Positions 9,269-18,749 of a stretch of 64,000 bases of DNA are shown here, piece after piece (position 1 is the first letter of the stretch; the number at the start of each line of letters is the position of its first letter). The notes beneath the pieces were generated by a model. That model had not been told where the DNA came from, ran no database searches, and saw only the letters and a program-made list of their open reading frames with translations. Source of the DNA: Clostridia bacterium (GTDB taxonomy: Bacteria > Bacillota > Clostridia > Oscillospirales > CAG-272); the NCBI GenBank assembly GCA_017454675.1, contig JAFTCN010000063.1, positions 16,316 through 80,315 of the forward strand. Reading direction: 5' to 3'. The translations under genes and the position numbers were made by a program.

Positions 9269-10579
9269 ATGGCAAATGTCAACGAAGAACTCTTCGACAG
9301 CGGAGTCAGCATAAAAGTAGTAGGCGTCGGAGGAGGCGGAAACAACGCGGTCAACCGGATGATCAATTCGAACATCCGCGGTGTCGAGTTCATAGCCGTC
9401 AACACCGACAAGCAGGCGCTCAGGTCCTGCGAAGCTCAAAACCAGATCACGATCGGCGAGAAGATCACAAGGGGTCACGGAGCCGGCGCCAACGCCGACA
9501 TCGGCCAGCGCGCCGCCGAGGAGAGCACCGACGATATAAAGGCAGCCATCGCCGGGGCGGATATGATATTCATAGCCGCCGGAATGGGCGGCGGGACCGG
9601 CACGGGAGCCGCGCCCGTCGTGGCGAGGCTCGCGAGAGAGATGGGGATCCTGACCGTCGCGATAGTCACGAAGCCCTTCATCTTCGAAGGCCGCCGGAGG
9701 ATGCTCCAGGCCGAGAAGGGCATCGAGGATCTCAGCGAGTACGTCGATTCGCTCGTTATCATCCCCAATGAGAGACTCAAACAGGTGTCCGACACCAGGA
9801 TAACGCTTTACAACGCCTTCGAGATCGCCGACGACGTCCTCCGCAGAGGCGTCCAGAGCATCTCCGAACTCATCAACGGCGACGGCTTCATCAACCTCGA
9901 CTTCGCCGACGTCACGTCGGTCATGCAGAACGCCGGATACGCCCACATGGGCGTCGGTTCGGCCCAGGGCAAGGACAAGGCCGAGATCGCGGCGCGCGCC
10001 GCCATATCGAGCCCGCTGCTCGAGACGTCGATCAAGGGAGCCACGGGCATCCTTGTGAACATCACCATCTCGCCCGACGTCGGACTCGAAGACGCGGATC
10101 TCGCGTCCTCGATGATCACCGCCGAGGCGGATCCCGACGCCAACGTGATATGGGGCGTCGTGTTCGACGACAATCTCGACGACGAGATGAAGATCACCAT
10201 CATCGCGACGGGATTCGAGCACGGAGGCGAGCGCGCGGAGCAGGTTCCGAAGCAGGCTCAGACGCCTCTGCAGGGCGCCGCGGCTTCGGCATCCCAGGCC
10301 GCCGCTCAGATCCAGAAGAACGCAGCCGCCCAGCAGGCGGCTCAGCAGGCCGCTGCTCAGGCAGCCGCCGGACAGCAGCAGGCTGCAGCTCCCCAGCAGA
10401 CCGAGAGGACGGCTCCCCAGCCGGCCCAGACCCCGGCGCAGACCGCCCAGACGAATACCGCCCGGCGCGCTGCGGCCACTCCTTCTGCCGACAGCGGAAC
10501 ATCCGATTTCGAGGCTATAATGGACCTCATCAAGAGCCGCAAGACCCGCGACGACTTCAGCGGGACGGGCAGGCGCTGA
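9269..10579 (+). CDS. ftsZ: Cell division GTPase FtsZ
   Basis: IKVVGVGGGGNNAVNRM, the GGGTGTGAAPV tubulin signature and NLDFADV. Long Q/A-rich linker, then the C-terminal peptide (DFEAIMDLIKSRK). Confidence 0.97.
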   Translation: MANVNEELFDSGVSIKVVGVGGGGNNAVNRMINSNIRGVEFIAVNTDKQALRSCEAQNQITIGEKITRGHGAGANADIGQRAAEESTDDIKAAIAGADMIFIAAGMGGGTGTGAAPVVARLAREMGILTVAIVTKPFIFEGRRRMLQAEKGIEDLSEYVDSLVIIPNERLKQVSDTRITLYNAFEIADDVLRRGVQSISELINGDGFINLDFADVTSVMQNAGYAHMGVGSAQGKDKAEIAARAAISSPLLETSIKGATGILVNITISPDVGLEDADLASSMITAEADPDANVIWGVVFDDNLDDEMKITIIATGFEHGGERAEQVPKQAQTPLQGAAASASQAAAQIQKNAAAQQAAQQAAAQAAAGQQQAAAPQQTERTAPQPAQTPAQTAQTNTARRAAATPSADSGTSDFEAIMDLIKSRKTRDDFSGTGRR

Positions 10580-10596
10580 AAATAACATCCAACGGG

Positions 10597-10630
10597 AAAA
10601 GCCCTTCGTCGACAGGTGAAGGGCTTTTTC
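10597..10630 (+). terminator. Rho-independent terminator after ftsZ
   Basis: Stem GCCCTTC (10601-10607) pairs with GAAGGGC (10618-10624), followed by TTTTT. Confidence 0.75.
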
Positions 10631-10670
10631 TGGGATATAAACGAAAAAACCGATACGGAGAGAAAACTCA

Positions 10671-11594
10671 ATGACAGCATCTTCTTTCGACATCCCCGCC
10701 CTCCTTCGGGACGGCAGGAGAAAAAAGGTCATTCTCGACACCGACACCTTCAACGAGGTCGACGACCAGTTCGCCCTTGCATACGCCATGCTGTCCCCCG
10801 ACAGGATCGAACTGCTCTCGGTGAACGCCGCGCCCTTCCTCAACAACCGTTCGACGTCCCCCGCCGACGGAATGGAGAAGAGCTACCGTGAGATACACAG
10901 GATCATGGAGCTCACCGACGCGAAGATGGCGAAGACGGTCCCGGTATACCGCGGCTCGGAGAGGTTCATGGGACCCGACAGGCAGCCCGTCGAATCTCCC
11001 GCGTGCGACAACATAATAAATACCGTCCTCTCGTCGGATGGCGGTGACGGCCCCGTGTTCATAGTCGCGCTGGGGGCCATTACCAACGTGGCTTCAGCGA
11101 TAGCGAAATGCCCGGAGATAGCCGGGAAGGCCGTCGTCATCTGGCTCGGCGGACACGCCCTGTGGCGTCCCGACACGAAGGAGTTCAATTTAAGGCAGGA
11201 CATACCCGGGGCACAGCTGCTCTTCGACAGCGGGATACCGCTCTACGTCATCCCCTGCGACGGCGTGTGCTCTCAGTTCATAACCACGGTGCCCGAGCTC
11301 GAATACTATCTCGCCGGAAAGAATCCGCTGTGCGACTATCTGTGCGGCATCACCGCCGGCTACACGAAAGAGCCGTACGGCTGGTCGAAGGTGATCTGGG
11401 ACGTCACGGCAGTCGCGGCGCTGACGGTCCCCGCCGCCGAGGAGACGGTGACGATCCCGCGGCCGATACTCACGTCCGACTGCCGCTGGGCGTTCGACTC
11501 CGCGAGAAAACCGTACGTATATGTGAGAAAAATCAGGAGAGACCCGATATACGCCGATCTCTTCAGAAAACTGTCGTCGGCCGAAGGTGCCTGA
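10671..11594 (+). CDS. Nucleoside hydrolase (IUNH family)
   Basis: 307 aa. N-terminal DTDTFNEVDD matches the DxDxxxDD Ca/ribose-binding signature of inosine-uridine-preferring nucleoside hydrolases. Confidence 0.8.
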   Translation: MTASSFDIPALLRDGRRKKVILDTDTFNEVDDQFALAYAMLSPDRIELLSVNAAPFLNNRSTSPADGMEKSYREIHRIMELTDAKMAKTVPVYRGSERFMGPDRQPVESPACDNIINTVLSSDGGDGPVFIVALGAITNVASAIAKCPEIAGKAVVIWLGGHALWRPDTKEFNLRQDIPGAQLLFDSGIPLYVIPCDGVCSQFITTVPELEYYLAGKNPLCDYLCGITAGYTKEPYGWSKVIWDVTAVAALTVPAAEETVTIPRPILTSDCRWAFDSARKPYVYVRKIRRDPIYADLFRKLSSAEGA

Positions 11595-13506
11595 CGTAAA
11601 AGAAAGGCTGGAGCAGAAAATGTCAGAACTGAAACTCGATCTTTCATCCCTCGGTACAAGACTGAGGGCGCCCGCTGAGGAGATCTGCCGGGATCTCGGT
11701 ATCGCCGTCGGTGAGAACGGAACGCCGGTGTCGGCATCGGCCGGCAAGCGCTTCCGGATCACAAGCGGCAAGAACGGCTACCGCATAACCTACCGCAAAA
11801 AGTGCGAATTCTTCCGCGCGATCGGACTGCTCTCCGAAACGGACGGAAAAAAGAGCTACGAGGAGACCGGAGACGTCGGCATGCTCTGCTATATGGCCGA
11901 CGAATCGAGAAACGCGGTCATGAACGGCTGCGGGCTGAGGAAACTCATCCGCACGCTCGCCGTCCTCGGCTACGACTCTCTGATGCTCTATACAGAAGAC
12001 ACCTACGAAGTCCCCGGCTATCCATACTTCGGACACATGCGCGGGCGCTTCTCGCTCGCCGAGCTCAAGGAGACCGACGCCTACGCGGCCTCGTTCGGCA
12101 TCGAGATGATCCCATGCATCCAGACCCTTGCGCACCTCGCCACCGCCATCAGATGGCCCGGCCTGCGCAGCTTCTCCGATACCGGCGACATCCTGCTCGC
12201 CGGTGACGAGCGCACATACGATTTCATCAGGGCCTGCCTCGGAGTGTATTCCAGAGCATTCAGGTCGAGAAAGATCAATATCGGAATGGACGAGGCCCAC
12301 ATGCTCGGTCTCGGGAGTTATCTGAAACAGCACGGCTACCGCAAGGCTTCCGATATAATGCTCGAGCATCTGAACAGAGTGGCGCAGATCTGCGCCGACG
12401 CCGGATACGAGCCGATGATGTGGTCGGATATGTTCTTCCGCATGGCCTTCGGAGGCGGATATTACGTCAGAGAGGGCGAGATCTCGCCCGAGATCATGGC
12501 CAAGGTGCCGAAGAACGTCTCTCTTGTCTACTGGGACTACTACTCGCTCGACAGACAGAGAGTCGACCACATGATCGAATGCCATCAGAAGTTCGGCAAC
12601 CCCACCGTCTTCGCCGGAGGCGCCTGGAAGTGGTCATGCATAGCTCCGCACAACAAATTCTCGCTGCTTTCGACGAGACTCCAGCTCGACTCGTGCGCTC
12701 AGCACGAGATAAACAACATAATCGTGACCGGCTGGGGCGACAACGGCGGCGAGGCCTCGCAGTTCTCGACGCTCCCCGTGCTCCTCTATTACGCTGAGCG
12801 GCTCTATACGGCGGCCGACCCGGACGAAGATCTGCTTCGCAGGCGCTCGCGCGAGTGCTTCCGCGCAGAATGGGACGATCTGCTGCTCTTCGATCTGCCG
12901 AACGACCTGCGCGGGACCGAGCCGGGCAAGATGTCGCATCCCGTCAATCCCTGCAAGTATCTGCTTTACAACGATCCGCTCGAGGGCCTCTTCGACCTTC
13001 ATCTCGAGGCAGACACTGCGGAACAGTACCGCGTCTTCGCGTCGAAGCTCCTCGCGCATGAGAACGACCCGGGATGGGGATACATCTACCGCACGCTGGG
13101 GCTGCTCTGCGACCTGCTGTCGGTCAAGTCCGACCTCGGAGTCCGCATCACCGCGGCCTACCGCGAAAACGACAGGGAGGCCATGCGCGGAATAGCGCTC
13201 GGCGACATACCGTCGGCCGTCGCGAAGCTCGACGCCTTCACCGCAGCCTTCAGGGATCAGTGGTTCAGGGAGAACAAGCCCTTCGGTTTCTCCAACGAGG
13301 AGATAAGGCTGGGCGGTCTCAGAGCGAGACTGCTGTCTGCCGGCGAACGCATCTCAGCCTGGATCGAAATGAAGCCCGGAGCTGAGCGCATTCCCGAGCT
13401 CGAGGAACCGAGGCTCTATGTAGACGGCAGATCCGGGAACTCCGACAGAACTCCGTACATCAGCTTCAACAACTGGTCGGCTAACTCAACGGTCGGTCAG
13501 ATGTGA
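11587..13506 (+). CDS. GH20 beta-N-acetylhexosaminidase, GcnA-like
   Basis: 639 aa. YMADESRNAV, LYTEDTYEVPGYPYFG, IPCIQTLAHL and KINIGMDEAHMLGLG closely follow my recollection of the Streptococcus gordonii GcnA-type GH20 enzymes (about 630 aa). Overlaps the upstream gene by 8 nt. Confidence 0.8.
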   Translation: MPDVKERLEQKMSELKLDLSSLGTRLRAPAEEICRDLGIAVGENGTPVSASAGKRFRITSGKNGYRITYRKKCEFFRAIGLLSETDGKKSYEETGDVGMLCYMADESRNAVMNGCGLRKLIRTLAVLGYDSLMLYTEDTYEVPGYPYFGHMRGRFSLAELKETDAYAASFGIEMIPCIQTLAHLATAIRWPGLRSFSDTGDILLAGDERTYDFIRACLGVYSRAFRSRKINIGMDEAHMLGLGSYLKQHGYRKASDIMLEHLNRVAQICADAGYEPMMWSDMFFRMAFGGGYYVREGEISPEIMAKVPKNVSLVYWDYYSLDRQRVDHMIECHQKFGNPTVFAGGAWKWSCIAPHNKFSLLSTRLQLDSCAQHEINNIIVTGWGDNGGEASQFSTLPVLLYYAERLYTAADPDEDLLRRRSRECFRAEWDDLLLFDLPNDLRGTEPGKMSHPVNPCKYLLYNDPLEGLFDLHLEADTAEQYRVFASKLLAHENDPGWGYIYRTLGLLCDLLSVKSDLGVRITAAYRENDREAMRGIALGDIPSAVAKLDAFTAAFRDQWFRENKPFGFSNEEIRLGGLRARLLSAGERISAWIEMKPGAERIPELEEPRLYVDGRSGNSDRTPYISFNNWSANSTVGQM

Positions 13507-13609
13507 CGCGATACCGCCGCCGCGGGGAGCATCTCCCCGCGCGCGGCAGTCTCTTTACGCCCGGGCGGCGGCCCGGAGCGCCCGATATCAACTGAAAGCA
13601 GGCAGCCAC

Positions 13610-16600
13610 ATGAAGTTTGTAAGGAAAAGACCGGGATCGGACTTTTCGGTGCTCCCGAAGATAATACACAGTCCGGCCGAATACGCGAGCGACGCCTTTC
13701 CGCTGCGGATCACCGCCGCGGTGAGGGAGGGGGAGGGGGAGGAGAACGGACAGGTGCCTGACCGGCTCTCGCTCTATATCAAAGACCGCGACATGAGGAT
13801 CGACATGCTGCCGTGTGACGGCCTCGAGCGGGGCGACATCTCCTACGAGATATACGGTGCCGACATCCCGGCGGATATCCTCGCGTCGTCTGGCGGCAGG
13901 ATCGAATACGCCGTCGCGGAGGACGGCGTTTTTTCCGATATCACAGATCTTTACGCTGTCGACGTGATCGCGTCGCGGGACCTTCCGTCCCCGCCCCCGC
14001 TTATCCTCACCGAGATGTACGCAAGACCGAAAAAACCGGGCGTCACGGCATATTTCGAGGTGGCGAACCCCGGCACGTCTCCCGTCGATCTTTACGGATA
14101 TGAGATGACGGTCTACGTCGATAAAAGCACACCCGGAGGAAAGCCGGACTTCCGGCGCCCGCTCGCGGGAGAGCCCGGGACGATGCTCGCTCCGGGCGAA
14201 TACGCCGCGATCTGGTGGCTGCGTCCGTCGAACTACGGGACCGATGCCGGTGACTGCGTGACAGTCTCCGATTTCATCCGCGTGTTCAACTCAGACTTCG
14301 CCAACCGCTTCACCCGGATAGGCGAAGACGCAAGAAGAATAATCCCGGTCGACTGCACGGCCGTCGGCGAAGACGGGAAGCGCAGGATGATGCCGGGATG
14401 CGGCGAGATGGCGGTAAAGATGCATCCGGCCTGCCTCGGGATCCTCCCGCGCGGAGGAACGCCCGGGGATGAGTTCTACACCGCTCTCTATTCCGGCGTT
14501 TACGGCTCGTGGGACACACCGGTGCGGCAGTCGTCGTACTGGACATACGACCCGCGGCATCCGTCGGCCGGCGTTTGTATCGCGCACAGCGCGCCGGCGA
14601 CGCCCGGCGCACCCGGGTACGGCCAGCGGACGCTTTCGCTGGCGTCGCAGCCGCCGCTCGTGATTCCGGTGCGCCCGGTGAGGCACATCTATACCGGAGA
14701 CGGCGACATCGACCTCGCGTTTGCCGTCGTTCCCGCCGACGAATCTGAAGGAGGGAGCTTTTCCGCGTACGTTACGTACAAAAACTCCGCCGGAGAGGAT
14801 GTGAGGCTCAGGGCAGAAGAGGGCGACGACGGACTCTTCCACGCACTCGTGCCGGTCCGCGAGGCCGATCTGCTCGGCGACCGCGGATTCTCATACTCGC
14901 TGACGGCATCCGACGGCATACGGACGGCGTCATACGGTTCCGACGTCCCCGTGTCGGTCCCTGTCTACCGCAACGGCGGTCCGCGGATCACGTCGATGCT
15001 CCCGACCGAAGGCTACGCGTACGACGGAATGCGCGAGGGGCAGATCGCGGCCGAATGGGAGGACGCGGCGGGCACCGATCTGTCGGCGTGCGCCCTGTTT
15101 GTCGACGGAAAAGACATGACGGGGGCCGCCGAATGGACCGACGGCTCGGTCAGGCTGAAGCTGACGTTAAAGCCCGGCAGTCACAGGCTGAGCCTCGTGC
15201 TGACCGACACGCTCGGAAATCTCACCGGGCGCGACACCGCTTTCTCAGTCTCCGACATGAAGGAGCTGAATATATACCGCGGCGAGGTCCACAGCCACAC
15301 GATGGACTCGGACGGCTCGGGTTTTCCGCCCGACGCCTTTACATACGCGAGGGATGTCGGAGGGGTCGATTTCTTCGCCGTCACCGACCACTCCCACTAT
15401 ATCGACGGAGAAAAATACGCAAGGCAGATCCGGAACGCCGACCGGTTCAACGTTCCCGGCAGATTCGCGGCGCTGTACGGCTTCGAGATGACCTGGAACA
15501 ATTCGTGCGGTTACTGGGGACACATTAACGTGCTCGGTACGACCGATTTCGTCCAGAATATCAAGGAAAACGACATGCCCGCTCTCTTCCGCTGGCTCGA
15601 AGACCGCCCGGGGGCCGTCGGCATGTTCAACCATCCGGGATATGTCTGGGGCAATTTCGACGAATACGGCGAGATGACCCCCGGTGCTCTGCGGAGTATG
15701 AGACTTGCCGAGATCAGATCCGCGGGATACGATCCCGAATACATGTACATGCTGGCGAAGGGCTGGCACGCGGCGCCCGTCTCGAACGAGGACAACCATC
15801 TGCCCGACTGGACGACTGCCACCGGCTACGACGGCTGCGTCCTGGCACCCGCTCTGACACGGGAGAACGTACTCGACGCCTTCAGGGCCGGCAGGACATA
15901 TACCACGTCTGACAGGACGATGAAGATCTTCTACAGGGTCAACGGGGAATGGCTCGGCTCGACGCTGGAGTCGCCGTCGGAGCTGCGCTTCGACATCTCC
16001 GTGACGACTGAGCAGGCCGACGGGATCGGACGTGTCGAGATCGTGGCGGAGGACGGGATAACCGTCGCCGTGAGGGACGCGTCGGGCGTGCGCGAGCTGC
16101 ACTGGACGCCTGTCCTTGAGCCCGAATTCGACTACTACTACGTGAGGATCACGGGACCCGCCCGGTACTGCGTCACGGCCCCGGTATGGATCGAAAACAG
16201 GGAGAGGCTCGCTATAGAGGGGTTCGAGCTGGGCGCGTCATACAACCCGCGTGACACTCAGGCGGTCTCAGTGTATGTCTCGAACTCCGGCGACACCGCG
16301 GTGAAAGACCTCCGGATATCGTTCTGCCTTTCGGGGCGGAACGGATTCCGCCGGGGGGACATCGAGCCGTTCGCGACCGTGCATGCCGGAAGGCTGCCGG
16401 CGGGAGGCAGGATAAAGGCGTCGGTTCTCATGCCCGAACTCCCCGGACTGCGGCGCGTGACCGTTTTCGCCCGGGGCGAAAGAGGTGGAAAGAAGTGCCG
16501 GTCGACGGGATTTGCCGTGCTGTCTTCGCTTCGCATAGCCGAGGTGCTTCCGTCGACGTCTCCCTTCGAGCCCGTCTGCGAAGGCGCTAAAAAGGTGAAG

Positions 16601-17284
16601 AATCCCTTCCCGTATATAACGCTGTATAACTCCTCGAACGTCGAGGCCGACCTCTCGGGATGGGATATCGGCGAGGTCGTCTCCTCCGGGAAGACTGCCG
16701 ACGACGCCCACACCATGAAGCTCGACGGCATAAAGATCGCACCGAGGTCGTCGCTCGTGATCTGGGACAGACACGGCTCTGATCTGACCGTGAGCGACTT
16801 CAACGCGAGATACGGGACGTCGCTCGAGGAGGGAAAGGATATAGTCGTCGCGACCGCAAGGCTGCTCAACGAAGGCGCCGACGGCAGACGTCTGGTGCTG
16901 CGCCAGGGCACCGAGGCAGTATGCCGCGCGAACTGGAACTGCTTCCTCCGGAACGACAGACTGGACCACACAGACGAGGCGAGAAGATACGTATATATCC
17001 CGAACATGACGGGAATCATGACCGAGACCGGATATGTCGCGCCGCGGCCGGGATATGTCGACGAAGAACAGAGCGGGGCGGTCCGCGCCGTCCTGCCGGG
17101 ACGTCATGAGAAAAAACGCGCCGAAAAGGCGGACAGGAAGGACAGAAAGGCGGAGGAGCACTCAAGAAAGGCGAGGCTCACCGCCGCCGAAGGCACCGCC
17201 GCTGCGGTCGGATCCGCCGCTGCGGCCGCCGTGATCGCCGCGGGTATCGGAAAGCTCATAAAAAGAGGAATCTTCAGAAAATAA
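13610..17284 (+). CDS. Large PHP-domain (CehA/McbA-like metallophosphoesterase) protein with two lamin-tail domains and a C-terminal membrane anchor
   Basis: 1224 aa. PHP signature at GEVHSHTMDSDGSG...FFAVTDHSHY (about 15281-15400). Two LTD-like segments: ILTEMYARP..YFEVANPGTSPVDLYGYEM, and LRIAEVLPS...ITLYNSSNVEADLSGWDI. Lys/Arg-rich stretch followed by a hydrophobic tail (AAAVGSAAAAAVIAAGIGKLIKRGIFRK). No N-terminal signal peptide visible. Confidence 0.7.
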   Translation: MKFVRKRPGSDFSVLPKIIHSPAEYASDAFPLRITAAVREGEGEENGQVPDRLSLYIKDRDMRIDMLPCDGLERGDISYEIYGADIPADILASSGGRIEYAVAEDGVFSDITDLYAVDVIASRDLPSPPPLILTEMYARPKKPGVTAYFEVANPGTSPVDLYGYEMTVYVDKSTPGGKPDFRRPLAGEPGTMLAPGEYAAIWWLRPSNYGTDAGDCVTVSDFIRVFNSDFANRFTRIGEDARRIIPVDCTAVGEDGKRRMMPGCGEMAVKMHPACLGILPRGGTPGDEFYTALYSGVYGSWDTPVRQSSYWTYDPRHPSAGVCIAHSAPATPGAPGYGQRTLSLASQPPLVIPVRPVRHIYTGDGDIDLAFAVVPADESEGGSFSAYVTYKNSAGEDVRLRAEEGDDGLFHALVPVREADLLGDRGFSYSLTASDGIRTASYGSDVPVSVPVYRNGGPRITSMLPTEGYAYDGMREGQIAAEWEDAAGTDLSACALFVDGKDMTGAAEWTDGSVRLKLTLKPGSHRLSLVLTDTLGNLTGRDTAFSVSDMKELNIYRGEVHSHTMDSDGSGFPPDAFTYARDVGGVDFFAVTDHSHYIDGEKYARQIRNADRFNVPGRFAALYGFEMTWNNSCGYWGHINVLGTTDFVQNIKENDMPALFRWLEDRPGAVGMFNHPGYVWGNFDEYGEMTPGALRSMRLAEIRSAGYDPEYMYMLAKGWHAAPVSNEDNHLPDWTTATGYDGCVLAPALTRENVLDAFRAGRTYTTSDRTMKIFYRVNGEWLGSTLESPSELRFDISVTTEQADGIGRVEIVAEDGITVAVRDASGVRELHWTPVLEPEFDYYYVRITGPARYCVTAPVWIENRERLAIEGFELGASYNPRDTQAVSVYVSNSGDTAVKDLRISFCLSGRNGFRRGDIEPFATVHAGRLPAGGRIKASVLMPELPGLRRVTVFARGERGGKKCRSTGFAVLSSLRIAEVLPSTSPFEPVCEGAKKVKNPFPYITLYNSSNVEADLSGWDIGEVVSSGKTADDAHTMKLDGIKIAPRSSLVIWDRHGSDLTVSDFNARYGTSLEEGKDIVVATARLLNEGADGRRLVLRQGTEAVCRANWNCFLRNDRLDHTDEARRYVYIPNMTGIMTETGYVAPRPGYVDEEQSGAVRAVLPGRHEKKRAEKADRKDRKAEEHSRKARLTAAEGTAAAVGSAAAAAVIAAGIGKLIKRGIFRK

Positions 17285-17449
17285 GCTTTGCTGCCTGCCC
17301 GGCAGGGGTTCGGATCCCGCGGTCTTCGGTATGACCGTCGACGTCATCTCCGGAAACGTTGAAGACGGAGACAGGCGGGAGGCGGGTCTGAAGACAGCCT
17401 TCAGGCTGCTCCCCCCGGGAGAAAAACCGCCGGGGAAGTATGACAGGAT

Positions 17450-17496
17450 AAAAAAGACCGCCGCCCGCGGATGTACCGCGGACGGCAGTCTTTTTC
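17450..17496. terminator. Bidirectional rho-independent terminator (large gene on + strand, rplL on - strand)
   Basis: AAAAAA, then GACCGCCGCCCGCGG, loop ATGTA, CCGCGGACGGCAGTC, then TTTTT. A-run and T-run flank a 15-bp GC stem. Confidence 0.8.
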
Positions 17497-17548
17497 CGCC
17501 CGTGAGGGCAGTTTCCGTAAAGACAGCTTTTTCCGGAAAAGGAGGTGA

Positions 17549-17929
17549 TTACTTGATCTCGACAGTTGCGCCGGCTTCGGTGAGCTGAGCCTTGATGGCC
17601 TCGGCCTCGTCCTTGGCAACGCCTTCCTTGATGGCCTTGGGAGCGCTCTCGACGAGCTCCTTGGCTTCCTTGAGTCCGAGACCGGTGATCTCGCGGACGA
17701 CCTTGATGACGGGCAGCTTGTTCGAGCCGAAGCTGGCAAGCACTACGTCGAATTCGGTCTTCTCCTCGACGGCTGCGGCGGCAGCGGCGGGAGCGGCGGC
17801 GGCGCCGGCGGTGATGTTGGCCGCGGATACGCCGAAGGCTTCCTCGGCGGCGGACACGAGCTCTGCGAGCTCAAGAATGGTGAGGCCCTTTATTTCCTCA
17901 AGAATAGCTGTTACTTTTTCGTTTGCCAT
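17549..17929 (-). CDS. rplL: 50S ribosomal protein L7/L12
   Basis: 126 aa with an Ala-rich hinge and a conserved C-terminal domain ([19 protein letters not shown]...[19 protein letters not shown]). Confidence 0.97.
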   Translation of the reverse strand: MANEKVTAILEEIKGLTILELAELVSAAEEAFGVSAANITAGAAAAPAAAAAAVEEKTEFDVVLASFGSNKLPVIKVVREITGLGLKEAKELVESAPKAIKEGVAKDEAEAIKAQLTEAGATVEIK

Positions 17930-17976
17930 TTCTAAAATCCTCCAGAATTATTATTGATCTGATGCTCGCCCGAAGG

Positions 17977-18504
17977 TCATTCGGCGGCGGGAGCGGCTTC
18001 TGCCGCGGGCTCGGCACCGGCCTTGGCGGCCTGGTCGAGTACATAAACGAGGTTCACGAGAGGTGAACGTATGCATACGAGCAGCTGAGTGATGAGAGTG
18101 TTCTTGTCGGGGATACCGGCGAGCTTTTCAACTCCGGCAGCATCGATGAATCCTCCGTCGACGTAACCTGCGAGAAACTTGAAGTTTTCGATCTTGTCGA
18201 CGTATTCCTTGAGGATCTTGGCCGGTGCGACGGCGTCGTCCCTGCTGACCGCGATGGCAGTCATGCCGGACAGGCAGGACTTGATCTCGGGATATCCGCA
18301 TTCCTCGCAGGCTCTGCCGGTGAGGGAGTTCTTGATGACCTGATAGGTCACTCCCGCTTCACGGAGCGCCTTGCGCATCTTGGTATCGTCTTCGACGGTG
18401 ATGCCCTGGTAGTTGACAACAACGCCCGATACCGAATTCTTTATACTTTCGGCAAGATCAGCTACGACCTTCTGCTTCTGCTCAAGAATGGAATTGCTGG
18501 GCAT
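17977..18504 (-). CDS. rplJ: 50S ribosomal protein L10
   Basis: The ATG at 18504 is preceded by AAAGGAGGA, and the MPSNSILEQKQKVVADLAESIK... N-terminus is typical of L10. The track ORF (to 18705) runs through the leader. Confidence 0.95.
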   Translation of the reverse strand: MPSNSILEQKQKVVADLAESIKNSVSGVVVNYQGITVEDDTKMRKALREAGVTYQVIKNSLTGRACEECGYPEIKSCLSGMTAIAVSRDDAVAPAKILKEYVDKIENFKFLAGYVDGGFIDAAGVEKLAGIPDKNTLITQLLVCIRSPLVNLVYVLDQAAKAGAEPAAEAAPAAE

Positions 18505-18670
18505 TATAGTTCCTCCTTTGAATTTTTTCGCATAAAAAATCATCCTTTTCCCGCTTCGGCGGATACCGGCCGGGGAAAAGGACGTACATAAAACAAGGTC
18601 TTTGTATTTATGAAGTCTCCTCGGCAGGGTGGCATCAGCTTTTACGGGAACCTGCTGTCTTTGGATAACG
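18505..18670 (-). promoter_or_regulatory. rplJ 5' leader (L10-leader-like attenuator)
   Basis: About 165 nt between the promoter and the start codon. It ends in a terminator-like hairpin (TCCTTTTCCCCGG...CGGGAAAAGGA followed by TGATTTTTT on the minus strand), the architecture of Firmicute L10 leaders. Confidence 0.6.
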
Positions 18671-18676
18671 CGCAAT

Positions 18677-18705
18677 ATTATACACCGCTTTATTCCGTTT
18701 GTCAA
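18677..18705 (-). promoter_or_regulatory. Consensus sigma-A promoter for rplJL
   Basis: On the minus strand: TTGACA, 17 nt, TATAAT (plus-strand TGTCAA 18700-18705, ATTATA 18677-18682). Confidence 0.8.
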
Positions 18706-18749
18706 TACTTTTTCGCGCTGTTTTTCGCGTTTTTCCCGAAAATACCAAT

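Noticed and set aside
9269-10579. Q/A-rich segment of about 110 aa in FtsZ (about 10240-10500) as an anomaly
   Set aside because: The FtsZ C-terminal linker is known to be highly variable in length and composition, and the conserved C-terminal peptide is intact. Not considered unusual.
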